From NCBI GenBank assembly GCA_025966135.1, contig JAOPVP010000046.1, positions 152,751 through 216,750 of the forward strand: a DNA stretch of 64,000 nucleotides, written 5' to 3'. A model generated the notes under the pieces. That model did not search any database and was not told the DNA's origin. It saw only the letters and a program-made list of their open reading frames with translations. The position numbers and the translations under genes are program-made. The DNA comes from Frankiales bacterium (GTDB taxonomy: Bacteria > Actinomycetota > Actinomycetes > Mycobacteriales > SCTD01). Shown here one piece after another: positions 47,353 through 56,565 of this stretch (the stretch's first letter is position 1; each line of letters starts with the position of its first letter).

Positions 47353-48255
47353 GTGGAGACCGTCTGGCGCCCGGCCCTACCGGTCGATGTCCGACGCACT
47401 CTCGCTCCGCTGGCGCGCGGTCGCCGCGACCCCACGCACCAGCATCAGGCCGACGGCTCGTTGTGGCGGACGACGCTGACACCTGACGGCCCGGCCAGCT
47501 ACCGCCTGACGCAGCGCGGCCCGTACGAGATCTCCTGCCAGGCCTGGGGAGGCGGCGCGAGCTGGGTCCTCGACACCTTGCCCGACCTCCTTGGCGCCCG
47601 CGACTGCGTGGACGGCTTCGAGCCGCAGCACCCGCTGCTGGTCAAGACGCACGCCAGGCATCCGGGCCTGCGGATCCCGCGTACCAACCGGGTCTTCGAG
47701 TCCCTTGCTCCGACGATCCTCGAGCAGAAGGTCACGGGCCTGCAGGCTCAGGCCGGCTTCCGCCGTCTCGTCCTGCTGTACGGCGGTGCCGCTCCGGGTC
47801 CGGTGCCCGAGGGCATGCGCGTTCCGCCGGCTCCCGAGGTGTGGCGGCGCATCCCGTCGTGGGAGTGGCATCGGGCCGGGGTCGATCCCCAGCGCTCGCG
47901 CCACCTGCTGGCGGCAGCGCGGGTTGCGGGTCGCCTCGAGGAGGCCACTGGTTTGGAACCGGCCGCGGCCCTGGCGCGGCTGCGGACGGTCCCGGGGATC
48001 GGGGAGTGGACGGCCGCGGAGGTCGCGCTGCGGGCGTTCGGGGACGCCGATGCGCTCAGTGTCGGCGACTACCACCTGTCGAAGTTCGTGGGCTGGGCAC
48101 TGCTCGGCAAGCCGCTCGGTGACGCGGACATGGTGGCGCTGCTCGAGCCGTGGCGCCCCCACCGGGGCAGGGTCGTGAGGCTGCTGGAGGTGAGCGGGGC
48201 GAGCATGCCGCGGTTCGGTCCGAGAATGACGATCCAGGACCACCGGGCCATGTGA
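47353..48255 (+). CDS. DNA-3-methyladenine glycosylase II-like (HhH-GPD) protein
   Basis: ILEQKVTG, HhH motif VPGIGEWTA, GDADALSVGDYH, WRPHRGR; start estimated. Confidence 0.85.
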   Translation: METVWRPALPVDVRRTLAPLARGRRDPTHQHQADGSLWRTTLTPDGPASYRLTQRGPYEISCQAWGGGASWVLDTLPDLLGARDCVDGFEPQHPLLVKTHARHPGLRIPRTNRVFESLAPTILEQKVTGLQAQAGFRRLVLLYGGAAPGPVPEGMRVPPAPEVWRRIPSWEWHRAGVDPQRSRHLLAAARVAGRLEEATGLEPAAALARLRTVPGIGEWTAAEVALRAFGDADALSVGDYHLSKFVGWALLGKPLGDADMVALLEPWRPHRGRVVRLLEVSGASMPRFGPRMTIQDHRAM

Positions 48256-48303
48256 GCAGCCCCCTGTTCAGATGGCTGTCAGCCATGTTGCATGATGCTG
48301 GAA

Positions 48304-48349
48304 GCCCCGCCCGGGAAGCGCCCCCAAGGTTCCCCGGGCGGGGCCCTTT
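48304..48349 (+). terminator. Probable intrinsic terminator hairpin after the glycosylase gene
   Basis: GCCCCGCCCGGGAA ... TTCCCCGGGCGGGGC followed by CCTTT. Confidence 0.55.
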
Positions 48350-48373
48350 GCTCCGGTTTGGCAAGATGGCCAC

Positions 48374-48577
48374 ATGCCGTCTGTCATCTTCGACGATCCG
48401 GCTCTGCTGGCCGCGATGCGAGTGTTCCTCGACGCCGACGCGGCCTTGGACGCGGCGAGGGGCGACGCCGAGGTCCTCAGCCGCTCCGACGAGAAGTCAC
48501 TGGCAGCCATGTCCTTGCGAAAGCGGCTCGTCGAGCTCGGCTGGTCGGCGCCGACCCCTCAGCGCAGCACGATGTAG
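48374..48577 (+). CDS. Small hypothetical helical protein (67 aa)
   Basis: Protein-like composition and GC3 bias; CAAGAT 6 nt before the ATG (leaderless pattern); ends [12 protein letters not shown]. Confidence 0.6.
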   Translation: MPSVIFDDPALLAAMRVFLDADAALDAARGDAEVLSRSDEKSLAAMSLRKRLVELGWSAPTPQRSTM

Positions 48578-49848
48578 TCGTCCGGGTCGCGTCGTGCTCG
48601 CGGCGCTGGTTCGCCTGCTGGGTAGCCGATCGCGACCGCCCCGAGGGGCTCCCAACCGGCGTTCAGCCCCAGGACGTCCCGCACCACCTCCGGGCAGAAC
48701 AGCGCGCTGCTCACCCAGGCGCTGCCCAGCCCCTCGGCGGCGAGCTGCACGAGCAGGTTCTCCACGCCCGCGCCACCGGCGACCACGAACATCCGCTCCT
48801 CCGCCTGCCGGCGGCGCACGTCGGGGTAGTCGTGCGCCCCGTCCCGCACCAGACACGGCACCACCAGGTACGGCGCGTTCCTCAGCACCTCCCCGCGCCG
48901 CAGGCGGGCCGTCACGCTCTCCTCGGAGAGGCCGTCCGCTCGGAGGTCTGCAGCCCACTGCCCCGCCATCGCCTCCAGGAGCTCGTCGGCCAGCTCTTCG
49001 ACCAGGACGAAGCGCCAGGGGGTCGTGTGGTGCGGCGCGGGCGCGGTCAGCGCAGCCGTGACCGCACGTACGACGGCGTCGCGGGCGACCGGTTCGTCGG
49101 TGAACGCCCGCACCGTGCGCCGCAGCGCCAGGGTCTGCTGGTGGGCGTCGGCCGTACCGAGCCGGAACCAGTCCTGGCTGGCGGGACGGACGAGGGCCGC
49201 GGCGGTGCGACCGTCGTCGCTGTACGTCAGCCCCCGGACCACGGCGGCGGCCACGCCGTCGGCCTTGCCCTTGACCAGCTCGGCAGCGCTCGCCAGCTCG
49301 TCGGCCACGGCGATCTCTGTGACCTCGAGGACGTGGCCATGGCTGTCGGTCGTCCCACGACTGTCGCGGATCGGCGCGAGCCCGGCCACGCCGATGGCCT
49401 GGTCGGTCTGCCCGACGCGCCAGGCTCTCCCCATCGTGTCCGACACGACGACGGCGAGGCTGACGCCGGTCAGCTCCTGGAGACGGTCGCGCAGCCCAGC
49501 GGCTGAGGCATCGGGGTCGAGGGGAAGCAGGGCGATCTCGTCGCCGCGGACGTTGCTGGCGTCCACTCCGGCGGCGGCCAGCACCAGTCCGTGCCGGGTT
49601 TCGGCGATCGTCGTGGTGCCGCGCTGTGCGACCACACGCGCCGTCTCGTCGGCAACGGCCTGCAGGCGGGTGGCCTCGCGGTCCTCACCGGCCGCGATCA
49701 GCCGGCCCTCGGCCTTGCTGACGACCTTGCTCGTCACGACGACGACATCGCCTGCTTGGTAAGGGAAAGCGGCGGCCAGCAAGGCTGCCAGATCATCCCC
49801 CGGTCGGACGTCGGGAAGCCCGACGACGGGGTGCACCTCGAGTGCCAC
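48559..49848 (-). CDS. fbiB: Coenzyme F420-0:gamma-glutamyl ligase with a C-terminal nitroreductase domain
   Basis: [37 protein letters not shown]; [19 protein letters not shown]. Confidence 0.95.
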   Translation of the reverse strand: MALEVHPVVGLPDVRPGDDLAALLAAAFPYQAGDVVVVTSKVVSKAEGRLIAAGEDREATRLQAVADETARVVAQRGTTTIAETRHGLVLAAAGVDASNVRGDEIALLPLDPDASAAGLRDRLQELTGVSLAVVVSDTMGRAWRVGQTDQAIGVAGLAPIRDSRGTTDSHGHVLEVTEIAVADELASAAELVKGKADGVAAAVVRGLTYSDDGRTAAALVRPASQDWFRLGTADAHQQTLALRRTVRAFTDEPVARDAVVRAVTAALTAPAPHHTTPWRFVLVEELADELLEAMAGQWAADLRADGLSEESVTARLRRGEVLRNAPYLVVPCLVRDGAHDYPDVRRRQAEERMFVVAGGAGVENLLVQLAAEGLGSAWVSSALFCPEVVRDVLGLNAGWEPLGAVAIGYPAGEPAPRARRDPDDYIVLR

Positions 49849-49851
49849 AGG

Positions 49852-50787
49852 TCAGACCCCTGCGAGGTCCAGGGCCGACCGCGCCATCGCTGCGGTGGTT
49901 ACCACGTCGGTCATGTACAGCGGTACCGCGCGGACGTCGACCCCGGGCACGCTGACGCCGGCGTCGACGACGTCCACGAGCCAACCGTCGAGCAGGTCGC
50001 TGCCGTAGTGCCGCCCGACGGCCTCCGCGGAGGTCTCGATCCCGATCGCGGTCAGGCACGCGTCGGCCATCCCGCGCACCGGTGCACCGCCGATGATCGG
50101 ACTCAGGCCGATGACCGTCTTGGAGCTGAGGGCATCTCGTACTCCCTCCACCTGCAGGATCGGGCCGATGCTCACCACCGGGTTGGACGGTGGGAGCAGC
50201 ACGACGTCGGCGTCGTGGATCGCCTCGAGGACACCCGGCGCCGGGAGCAGCTCGTTGTGCGTGACGAGGGTGATCGATTCTGCCGGCAGCGAGGCGCGGT
50301 GCCTGATCCACCACTCCTGGAAGTGCATGGCCCGGCGTTGTCCGGTCTCGGGGTCGGTGACGGTCACATGGGTCTCGGCTTGGGTGTCGCTCATCGGCAG
50401 CAGCCGAGCGCCGGGCTGCCACCGCTCGCACAGGGAGGCGGTCACCTCGGTGAGGGTCGCCCCGCCGAGCATCAGCTGGGTGCGGCGCAGGTGCGTCGCG
50501 AGGTCGCGGTCGCCGAGGCCGAACCACGCCGTGGGGGAGCCGTAGGCCGCCAGCTCGTCCTTGGCCTTCCAGCTCTCGTCCTGGCGCCCCCAGCCACGCT
50601 CGGCGTCGATGCCGCCGCCGAGCGTGTACATCACGGTGTCGAGGTCGGGGCAGATCCGCAGTCCGTACAGGGTCGTGTCGTCGCCGGTGTTGACGACGAC
50701 GGTGAGCTCCGCGTCCGGGACTGCGTGCTGGACGCCGCGGAGGAAGCGGGCCCCGCCGATACCGCCCGCAAGGGCCACGATGCGCAT
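49852..50787 (-). CDS. fbiA: 2-phospho-L-lactate / phosphoenolpyruvate transferase (CofD)
   Basis: LAGGIGGARF, NTGDD, CPDLDTVMY, WFGLGDRD, HFQEWW, PSNPVVSI. Confidence 0.95.
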   Translation of the reverse strand: MRIVALAGGIGGARFLRGVQHAVPDAELTVVVNTGDDTTLYGLRICPDLDTVMYTLGGGIDAERGWGRQDESWKAKDELAAYGSPTAWFGLGDRDLATHLRRTQLMLGGATLTEVTASLCERWQPGARLLPMSDTQAETHVTVTDPETGQRRAMHFQEWWIRHRASLPAESITLVTHNELLPAPGVLEAIHDADVVLLPPSNPVVSIGPILQVEGVRDALSSKTVIGLSPIIGGAPVRGMADACLTAIGIETSAEAVGRHYGSDLLDGWLVDVVDAGVSVPGVDVRAVPLYMTDVVTTAAMARSALDLAGV

Positions 50788-50829
50788 GCGCCGAGTCTGT
50801 CAGGTGCGACCTCCACGTAAGGTCGGGGG

Positions 50830-53331
50830 ATGGACGCCGTGCCGGGCATGCGACGGGCTCTCGCACGCGCTCGTGATGGCAAGCCGCTCGACGTCGACGA
50901 GGCGACGATCCTGCTCGCCGCCCGCGGGGACGATCTCGACGCGCTCTGCGCGGCAGCGGCCAGGGTCCGCGACCAGGGGCTCGCAGACGCGGGACGCCCC
51001 GGCACCGTCACCTACAGCCGCAAGGTCTTCATCCCCCTCACTCGCCTGTGCCGCGACCGCTGCCACTACTGCACGTTCGCGACCTCGCCCGCCAAGCTCG
51101 AGTCGCCGTACCTGTCGATGGAGCAGGTACTGGACATCGCGCGCCAGGGCGCTGCGCTGGGTTGCAAGGAGGCGCTGTTCACCCTGGGGGACCGCCCCGA
51201 GGAGCGCTGGCCGCAGGCCCGCAAGTGGCTCGACGAGGCCGGTTACGACGACACGCTGTCCTACGTCCGGGCTGCCGCCGTCGCGGTGCTCGAGGAGACC
51301 GGTCTGCTGCCGCACCTCAACCCGGGGGTCATGAGCTGGGCGGAGCTGCAGCGGCTCAAGCCGGTGGCCCCGAGCATGGGCATGATGATCGAGACGACCG
51401 CCGACGTGCCAGCCCACAAGGGCTCTCCCGACAAGGTCCCTGCGGTCCGACTGCAGACCCTGGAGGACGCCGGACGGCACGCGATCCCTTTCACCACAGG
51501 GCTTCTCGTCGGGATCGGTGAGTCGTTGCGGGACCGCGCCGAGACGGTCTTCGCCATCCGGGCCAGCCACAAGCGGCACGGGCACGTGCAGGAGGTGATC
51601 GTCCAGAACTTCCGCGCCAAGCCCGACACCGCGATGCGGCACGCGGACGACACCCCCCTCGATGAGTTCCTCGCGGCCATCGCCGTGACCAGGCTCGTCC
51701 TCGGCCCACGGATGCGGGTGCAGGCCCCGCCCAACCTCGTCGACCTGGCCGAGACGGCAGCGCTGCTGTCAGCCGGCGTCGACGACTGGGGTGGCGTCTC
51801 GCCGCTCACACCCGACCACGTCAACCCCGAACGGCCCTGGCCGCACGTCGAGGACCTGGCTCGTGCCTCCGCCGACAACGGGTTCACCCTCACGGAGCGG
51901 CTGACCGCCCATCCGCCGTACCTGCAGGAGCCCTGGCTCGACCCGCGGCTGCAGGTCCATGTCGACGCGCTGCGGTCCCCGGAGGGCCTCGCCAGCGACG
52001 TCATCCCCAAGGGCCTGCCGTGGCAGGAGCCAGACGGCGGTCTGCAGTCGACGGGCCGCACCGACCTGCACGCCACCGTCGACACGACCGGCCGGACTGC
52101 GGACCGGCGTTCGGACTTCGACGACGTGTACGGCGACTGGGACGCGGTCCGCGCTGCCATCGCCAGCCCCCGCCGCATGGACATCGATGTGGCCGCAGCG
52201 CTGCGCAAGGCCCCAGGAGCGCTCACCGTCAAGGACGCGCTGTCGCTGCTGACCGCCGAGGGCGAGGACCTCGAGGCCCTGTGCCGGTGGGCCGATGAGG
52301 TCCGCCGCGACACTGTCGGCGACGAGGTGACCTACGTCGTCAACCGCAACATCAACTTCACCAACGTCTGTTACACCGGCTGTCGTTTCTGCGCCTTCGC
52401 CCAGCGGCGCACTGACGCCGACGCCTACTCGCTGTCGCTCGAGGAGGTGGAGCAGCGTGCCGCGGAGGCCTGGCAGGTGGGCGCCACCGAGGTGTGCATG
52501 CAGGGCGGGATCGACCCGCAGCTGCCGGGCACGGCCTACCTGGACCTGGCGCGGGCCATCAAGCGCGGAGCGCCGGAGATCCACCTGCACGCCTACTCGC
52601 CGATGGAGGTCGTCAACGGCGCGGCCCGGATGCAGGTCCCGATCCGCGAGTTCCTCGAGGCCGCCCGCGAGGCCGGCGTCGACTCGCTGCCGGGAACGGC
52701 GGCGGAGATCCTCGACGACGATGTCCGCTGGGTCCTCACCAAGGGCAAGCTGCCTACTGCACAGTGGATCGAGGTCGTTCAGACCGCTCACAGCATCGGG
52801 CTGCCGACGACCAGCACCATGATGTACGGCCACGTCGACGAGCCACGGCACTGGGCCGCGCACCTGGTCCTCCTGCGGGAGCTGCAGCAGGAGTCCGGCG
52901 GGTTCACCGAGTTCGTGCCGCTGCCGTTCGTGCACACCAACGCGCCGCTGTACCTGGCCGGTCTTGCCCGTCCTGGCCCGACCGTCCGCGACAACCGCGC
53001 CGTGCACGCCGTCGCCCGGCTCGTCCTGCATGGCCAGATCGACCACATCCAGAGCAGCTGGGTGAAGCTCGGCGTCGAGCAGTGCCACGAGGTGCTCGCC
53101 GGCGGCGTCGACGACCTCGGCGGCACCCTCATGGAGGAGACCATCAGCCGGATGGCCGGCTCCACTCATGGCTCGCGCAAGTCCGTCGAGGAGCTCGAGG
53201 CGATGGTCCTCGCGGCTGACCGCACCCCGCGTCAGCGCACCACGTTGTACGGCGTCGTCGACGGCGAGCGCCATGCCGCGGCGCGCGCCGAGGTCGTCCG
53301 CCGCGCGCTCCCTCTCGTCCAGCCGAGCTGA
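50830..53331 (+). CDS. fbiC: Bifunctional FO synthase (CofG-CofH fusion, two radical SAM domains)
   Basis: CRDRCHYC and CYTGCRFC motifs; [33 protein letters not shown]. Confidence 0.96.
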   Translation: MDAVPGMRRALARARDGKPLDVDEATILLAARGDDLDALCAAAARVRDQGLADAGRPGTVTYSRKVFIPLTRLCRDRCHYCTFATSPAKLESPYLSMEQVLDIARQGAALGCKEALFTLGDRPEERWPQARKWLDEAGYDDTLSYVRAAAVAVLEETGLLPHLNPGVMSWAELQRLKPVAPSMGMMIETTADVPAHKGSPDKVPAVRLQTLEDAGRHAIPFTTGLLVGIGESLRDRAETVFAIRASHKRHGHVQEVIVQNFRAKPDTAMRHADDTPLDEFLAAIAVTRLVLGPRMRVQAPPNLVDLAETAALLSAGVDDWGGVSPLTPDHVNPERPWPHVEDLARASADNGFTLTERLTAHPPYLQEPWLDPRLQVHVDALRSPEGLASDVIPKGLPWQEPDGGLQSTGRTDLHATVDTTGRTADRRSDFDDVYGDWDAVRAAIASPRRMDIDVAAALRKAPGALTVKDALSLLTAEGEDLEALCRWADEVRRDTVGDEVTYVVNRNINFTNVCYTGCRFCAFAQRRTDADAYSLSLEEVEQRAAEAWQVGATEVCMQGGIDPQLPGTAYLDLARAIKRGAPEIHLHAYSPMEVVNGAARMQVPIREFLEAAREAGVDSLPGTAAEILDDDVRWVLTKGKLPTAQWIEVVQTAHSIGLPTTSTMMYGHVDEPRHWAAHLVLLRELQQESGGFTEFVPLPFVHTNAPLYLAGLARPGPTVRDNRAVHAVARLVLHGQIDHIQSSWVKLGVEQCHEVLAGGVDDLGGTLMEETISRMAGSTHGSRKSVEELEAMVLAADRTPRQRTTLYGVVDGERHAAARAEVVRRALPLVQPS

Positions 53332-53398
53332 CCGAGGTCCCCTGAAAGCGGGCAGTCCGCAGATAGGCTCCGCCCACACACCAGGAGGGGTGCCGTCC

Positions 53399-55909
53399 GT
53401 GGAGCCGAACGTCCTGTCACGTCGTATCGAGCAGCTCGCTGCGCTGGCCAACGACGAGCCGGCGGTCGACGCCGCACGTGACGGCGCGGGGCTGCCCGCG
53501 CTGCGCGGCGAGATCGCAGGTCTGCGCGCCGAGCTCGGTGCCCTCAGGGGCGAGATCGGGTCGGTCCGCACCGACATCGACGGCCTGTCCGGACGCATCA
53601 CCGGGTCGGTTGCCGCCAGCCGGTCCGAGACGGGCACCCTGGCCCGGCGGATGGCCGACCTCGTCCAGCGTGTCGAGGTCGTGGGTGGCCGGGTCGATGA
53701 GGTCAAGACCGACCTGCCCGCCCTTGCCGGCGAGGTCCGGGACGGCCTCGAGCTCGTACCGATGCGCACCGGTGCCAAGCTCGACGAGCTCTCCGGCAAG
53801 CTCGGGGAGTCCGTGGGGGCGCGCGTCGATGCCGTGTCTTCGGAGGTCCGCCGTACCGTCGCGGCAGCGTTGGAGCGGCAGGTCGATGCTGCCGCCGCGA
53901 CCCAGGGCCTCATGGCAGAGGCGCGCTCCTCGCTGGAGTCCCGGATGGCGGTGCTGGAGGACACCCTCGACGCGCTTGCGGAACGGCTCGAGTCGGTGGC
54001 CCGCGACGGCGTCCACACCACACGTGAACAGCTCCGCGAGATGGCCGGGGCCATCAGCGGCATCGAGCAGCGGCTCGATGCGATGGCCGGCGAGCAGGTC
54101 GAGCGGATCGTCGCCCGGCTGCGGGACGTCACCGAGAGCCGCCTCGACAAGCTCGCCACGACGCTCGCCGACGCCACCCGCAGTCGCAACGAGCAGCTGC
54201 GCCGCGAGCTGCTCGACGTGCTGACGCACGCCTCGTCGGAGCAGGAGTCAACCCGCAGCCAGGTCGCGGCGCTCGCCGATGCGGTCCGGGTCGCCGCCAC
54301 TGAGCAGACCGAGGCGACCAGTGCCCTGGACGGGCGGGTCGCCGCGGCGCTGAAGGGGGTGCGCGAGGAGATCACGACCGAGCTCGACGACGTCGCAGAG
54401 CGACTGCTGGTCACCGTCACCGAGCTCCGGGACCAGCAGACCGGGCACTCCGCGGCCGTCGCGGCGCGCATGGACGCCCTGCAGGCCAGCCTGGAGGGCA
54501 GGGTCGACGCGGTTCGTACGCAGGTCGGAGCCGTGCTTCAGAGCGCCCGGAAGGACCTGGCGACGGAGGTTGCCACTCTGCGCCCGCGCCTCGAGGAGCT
54601 CGTGGTGTCGGGCGCGGCGGCCGCGGCCGGCGAGGTCGAGGCCCGCGCCGAGCTGAGGGAGGCCCTCGACCAGGTCCGTGAGCGGGTCGCCATCTCGGTC
54701 AGTGCCTCGAGCGAGGCGGTCCGCGCGGGCCTCGAGGAGCTCAGCGCAAGCGTCAACGAGACCACCCGCACCACCCATGAGGGCCTGCTCGATCGCCTCG
54801 AGGCCCAGCACGGTGCCCTGACCGGTCGGCTGGCCGACGTCTCCGCCGCCACGACCGGTGGCACGGCCGCTACGCGGGACACAGGCGAGCGGCTGGCGGC
54901 CCTTGTCACCGCGCAGGACGAGGTGCGGCGCAGCATCGAGACGCTCCAGGGCGACTGGCCCAGCCGGGTCGACGAGGCCGCCGCGGCCGCCCGCACCAGC
55001 GCCGAAGCGGTCGTCAGCGAGGTCCGCGCCGAGGTCCGCGTCCAGCTCGACGCCGTCATCGCCGAGGTAGCCCGCGCCGCCGGGGGCGTTGAGGACGCCA
55101 AGGCCAAGCTGGAAGCGGCCACCGACCACGTCTGCGAGCAGATCGCCTTGCAGCGCGAGGACCTGACGCGTGCCGTCGCGCAGTCGGACAGCCAGCGGGC
55201 CGAGCTCGCGCACGTGCTGGCATCCGCCGAGAGTGCGGCCTCGGCGGCGGTGGCGCAGGTGGTGGCCCAGACCGCGGTGCAACGCGACCAGTCCACTCGC
55301 AAGGTCGGCCCGCCCGCTCCTGACGAGCCAGCGGCCCCACCCGCTGCCGTCGTCAAGCCCGCCAAAGCCAAGCCCGCCAAGGCCAAGCCCGCCAAGGCCA
55401 AGCCCGCCAAGGCGGTCAAGCCCGCCAAGCCCGCCAAGCCGGCCAAGGCGCCGCCGGCTACCACCGCGACCAAGGCACCTCGTGCTGCCAAGGCGGTCAA
55501 GCGGGTTCCCGCGCAGTCCTCGCCGGCGAAGCCGGCGACCACTGTCGCCGCCGAGCCGGTCCCCGCGACGGCACCGGGTCCCATCGCTGCTGAGCCAGTC
55601 GACCCCCAGCGAGTCGCTGCCAAGCCCCCCGCCAAGCCCGCTGCCACGTCCCCTGCGAAGGCGCCGGCCAAGTCCGCTGGCAAGGCGCCCGTCAAGGTTC
55701 CGGTCAAAGCGACTCCACGGGTGTTCCGGCCAGACGAGCCCCCGGCCACGGCGCCCTCCCGGCGGGCCCAGGTGGACGCCATGCCCCAGGTCCCGAGTCC
55801 TTCGGCCGCGCTCGCTGCCGCCTCCGTCGAGGCTGCTCCGGGGAGGAGAGCGTCGCCCCCGAACGAGCTCGAGGAGCCCCGTCGGCTGTTCCGCCGCCGC
55901 CGGTCCTGA
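53399..55909 (+). CDS. Large coiled-coil hypothetical protein with a Pro/Ala/Lys-rich histone-H1-like tail
   Basis: AGGAGG RBS 10 nt before GTG; long Ala/Glu/Arg/Leu helical region; KPAKA repeats; basic end RRLFRRRRS. Confidence 0.8.
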   Translation: MEPNVLSRRIEQLAALANDEPAVDAARDGAGLPALRGEIAGLRAELGALRGEIGSVRTDIDGLSGRITGSVAASRSETGTLARRMADLVQRVEVVGGRVDEVKTDLPALAGEVRDGLELVPMRTGAKLDELSGKLGESVGARVDAVSSEVRRTVAAALERQVDAAAATQGLMAEARSSLESRMAVLEDTLDALAERLESVARDGVHTTREQLREMAGAISGIEQRLDAMAGEQVERIVARLRDVTESRLDKLATTLADATRSRNEQLRRELLDVLTHASSEQESTRSQVAALADAVRVAATEQTEATSALDGRVAAALKGVREEITTELDDVAERLLVTVTELRDQQTGHSAAVAARMDALQASLEGRVDAVRTQVGAVLQSARKDLATEVATLRPRLEELVVSGAAAAAGEVEARAELREALDQVRERVAISVSASSEAVRAGLEELSASVNETTRTTHEGLLDRLEAQHGALTGRLADVSAATTGGTAATRDTGERLAALVTAQDEVRRSIETLQGDWPSRVDEAAAAARTSAEAVVSEVRAEVRVQLDAVIAEVARAAGGVEDAKAKLEAATDHVCEQIALQREDLTRAVAQSDSQRAELAHVLASAESAASAAVAQVVAQTAVQRDQSTRKVGPPAPDEPAAPPAAVVKPAKAKPAKAKPAKAKPAKAVKPAKPAKPAKAPPATTATKAPRAAKAVKRVPAQSSPAKPATTVAAEPVPATAPGPIAAEPVDPQRVAAKPPAKPAATSPAKAPAKSAGKAPVKVPVKATPRVFRPDEPPATAPSRRAQVDAMPQVPSPSAALAAASVEAAPGRRASPPNELEEPRRLFRRRRS
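55355..55450. repeat. Tandem AAGCCCGCCAAGGCC (KPAKA / KPA) repeats
   Basis: Directly visible 15-bp and 9-bp repeats. Confidence 0.9.
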
Positions 55910-56040
55910 GGCCCCACGGGCTCACCGCACGGTCACAGTTGCCGTCGGTTTCGTCGTACCGGAACGCGCTCAGGACCGGACATCGTGCGCGCGGCGGGGC
56001 ACACCGGACACCGAGCCCACCTCGTTTATCACCCGTGGCC

Positions 56041-56070
56041 TTGACGGGGAAGCAGGACACGCGTGTAATT
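56041..56070 (+). promoter_or_regulatory. whiB promoter with a GACAC element
   Basis: TTGACG ... GGACACGCGTGTAATT, resembling conserved actinobacterial whiB/whiB2 promoters. Confidence 0.55.
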
Positions 56071-56170
56071 CCATGCGTGTCGTTCCCCCGGCGCCTGGAC
56101 AATGTCCCGTCCTCGCCCGCGGCACAGCGGCTGCTGCAAAGGCAGCGGCCAAGAGACCGCAGGAGACACG

Positions 56171-56455
56171 ATGACCGAGCTCACCCGACTTGCCGCAGTG
56201 GGTGCCGGGGCCACAGCCTCTTCTGGTGACGATGGTTTGCTTGCCTGGCAGGACCAGGCGCTCTGTGCGGAGACCGACCCCGAGGCGTTCTTCCCCGAGA
56301 AGGGCGGCTCGACCCGCGAGGCGAAGCGCATCTGCGTCGGCTGCGAGGTCAAGCAGGAGTGCCTCGAGTACGCGCTCCTGCAGGACGAGCGATTCGGGAT
56401 CTGGGGTGGCCTCTCCGAGCGCGAGCGCCGTCGTCTCAAGCGCAAGGTGGGCTGA
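56171..56455 (+). CDS. whiB: WhiB family Fe-S transcription factor (WhiB/WhiB2 class)
   Basis: WQDQALCAETDPEAFFPEKGGSTREAKRIC..C.V...C, GIWGGLSERERRRLK; AGGAG RBS. Confidence 0.96.
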   Translation: MTELTRLAAVGAGATASSGDDGLLAWQDQALCAETDPEAFFPEKGGSTREAKRICVGCEVKQECLEYALLQDERFGIWGGLSERERRRLKRKVG

Positions 56456-56565
56456 TCCGGACGCTCGGCCCGCGGCCCGGCGACTAGGCTGGACCCAACC
56501 GCCCGACGACGTGTGGCCGCCCGACCGGCCGGCCGCACGTCCCGCCGAGCCACGGTCGACACCGC

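Noticed and set aside
55355-55450. Tandem repeats as a possible CRISPR or mobile-element signal
   Set aside because: Short in-frame coding repeats without spacers; no cas or transposase genes in the window
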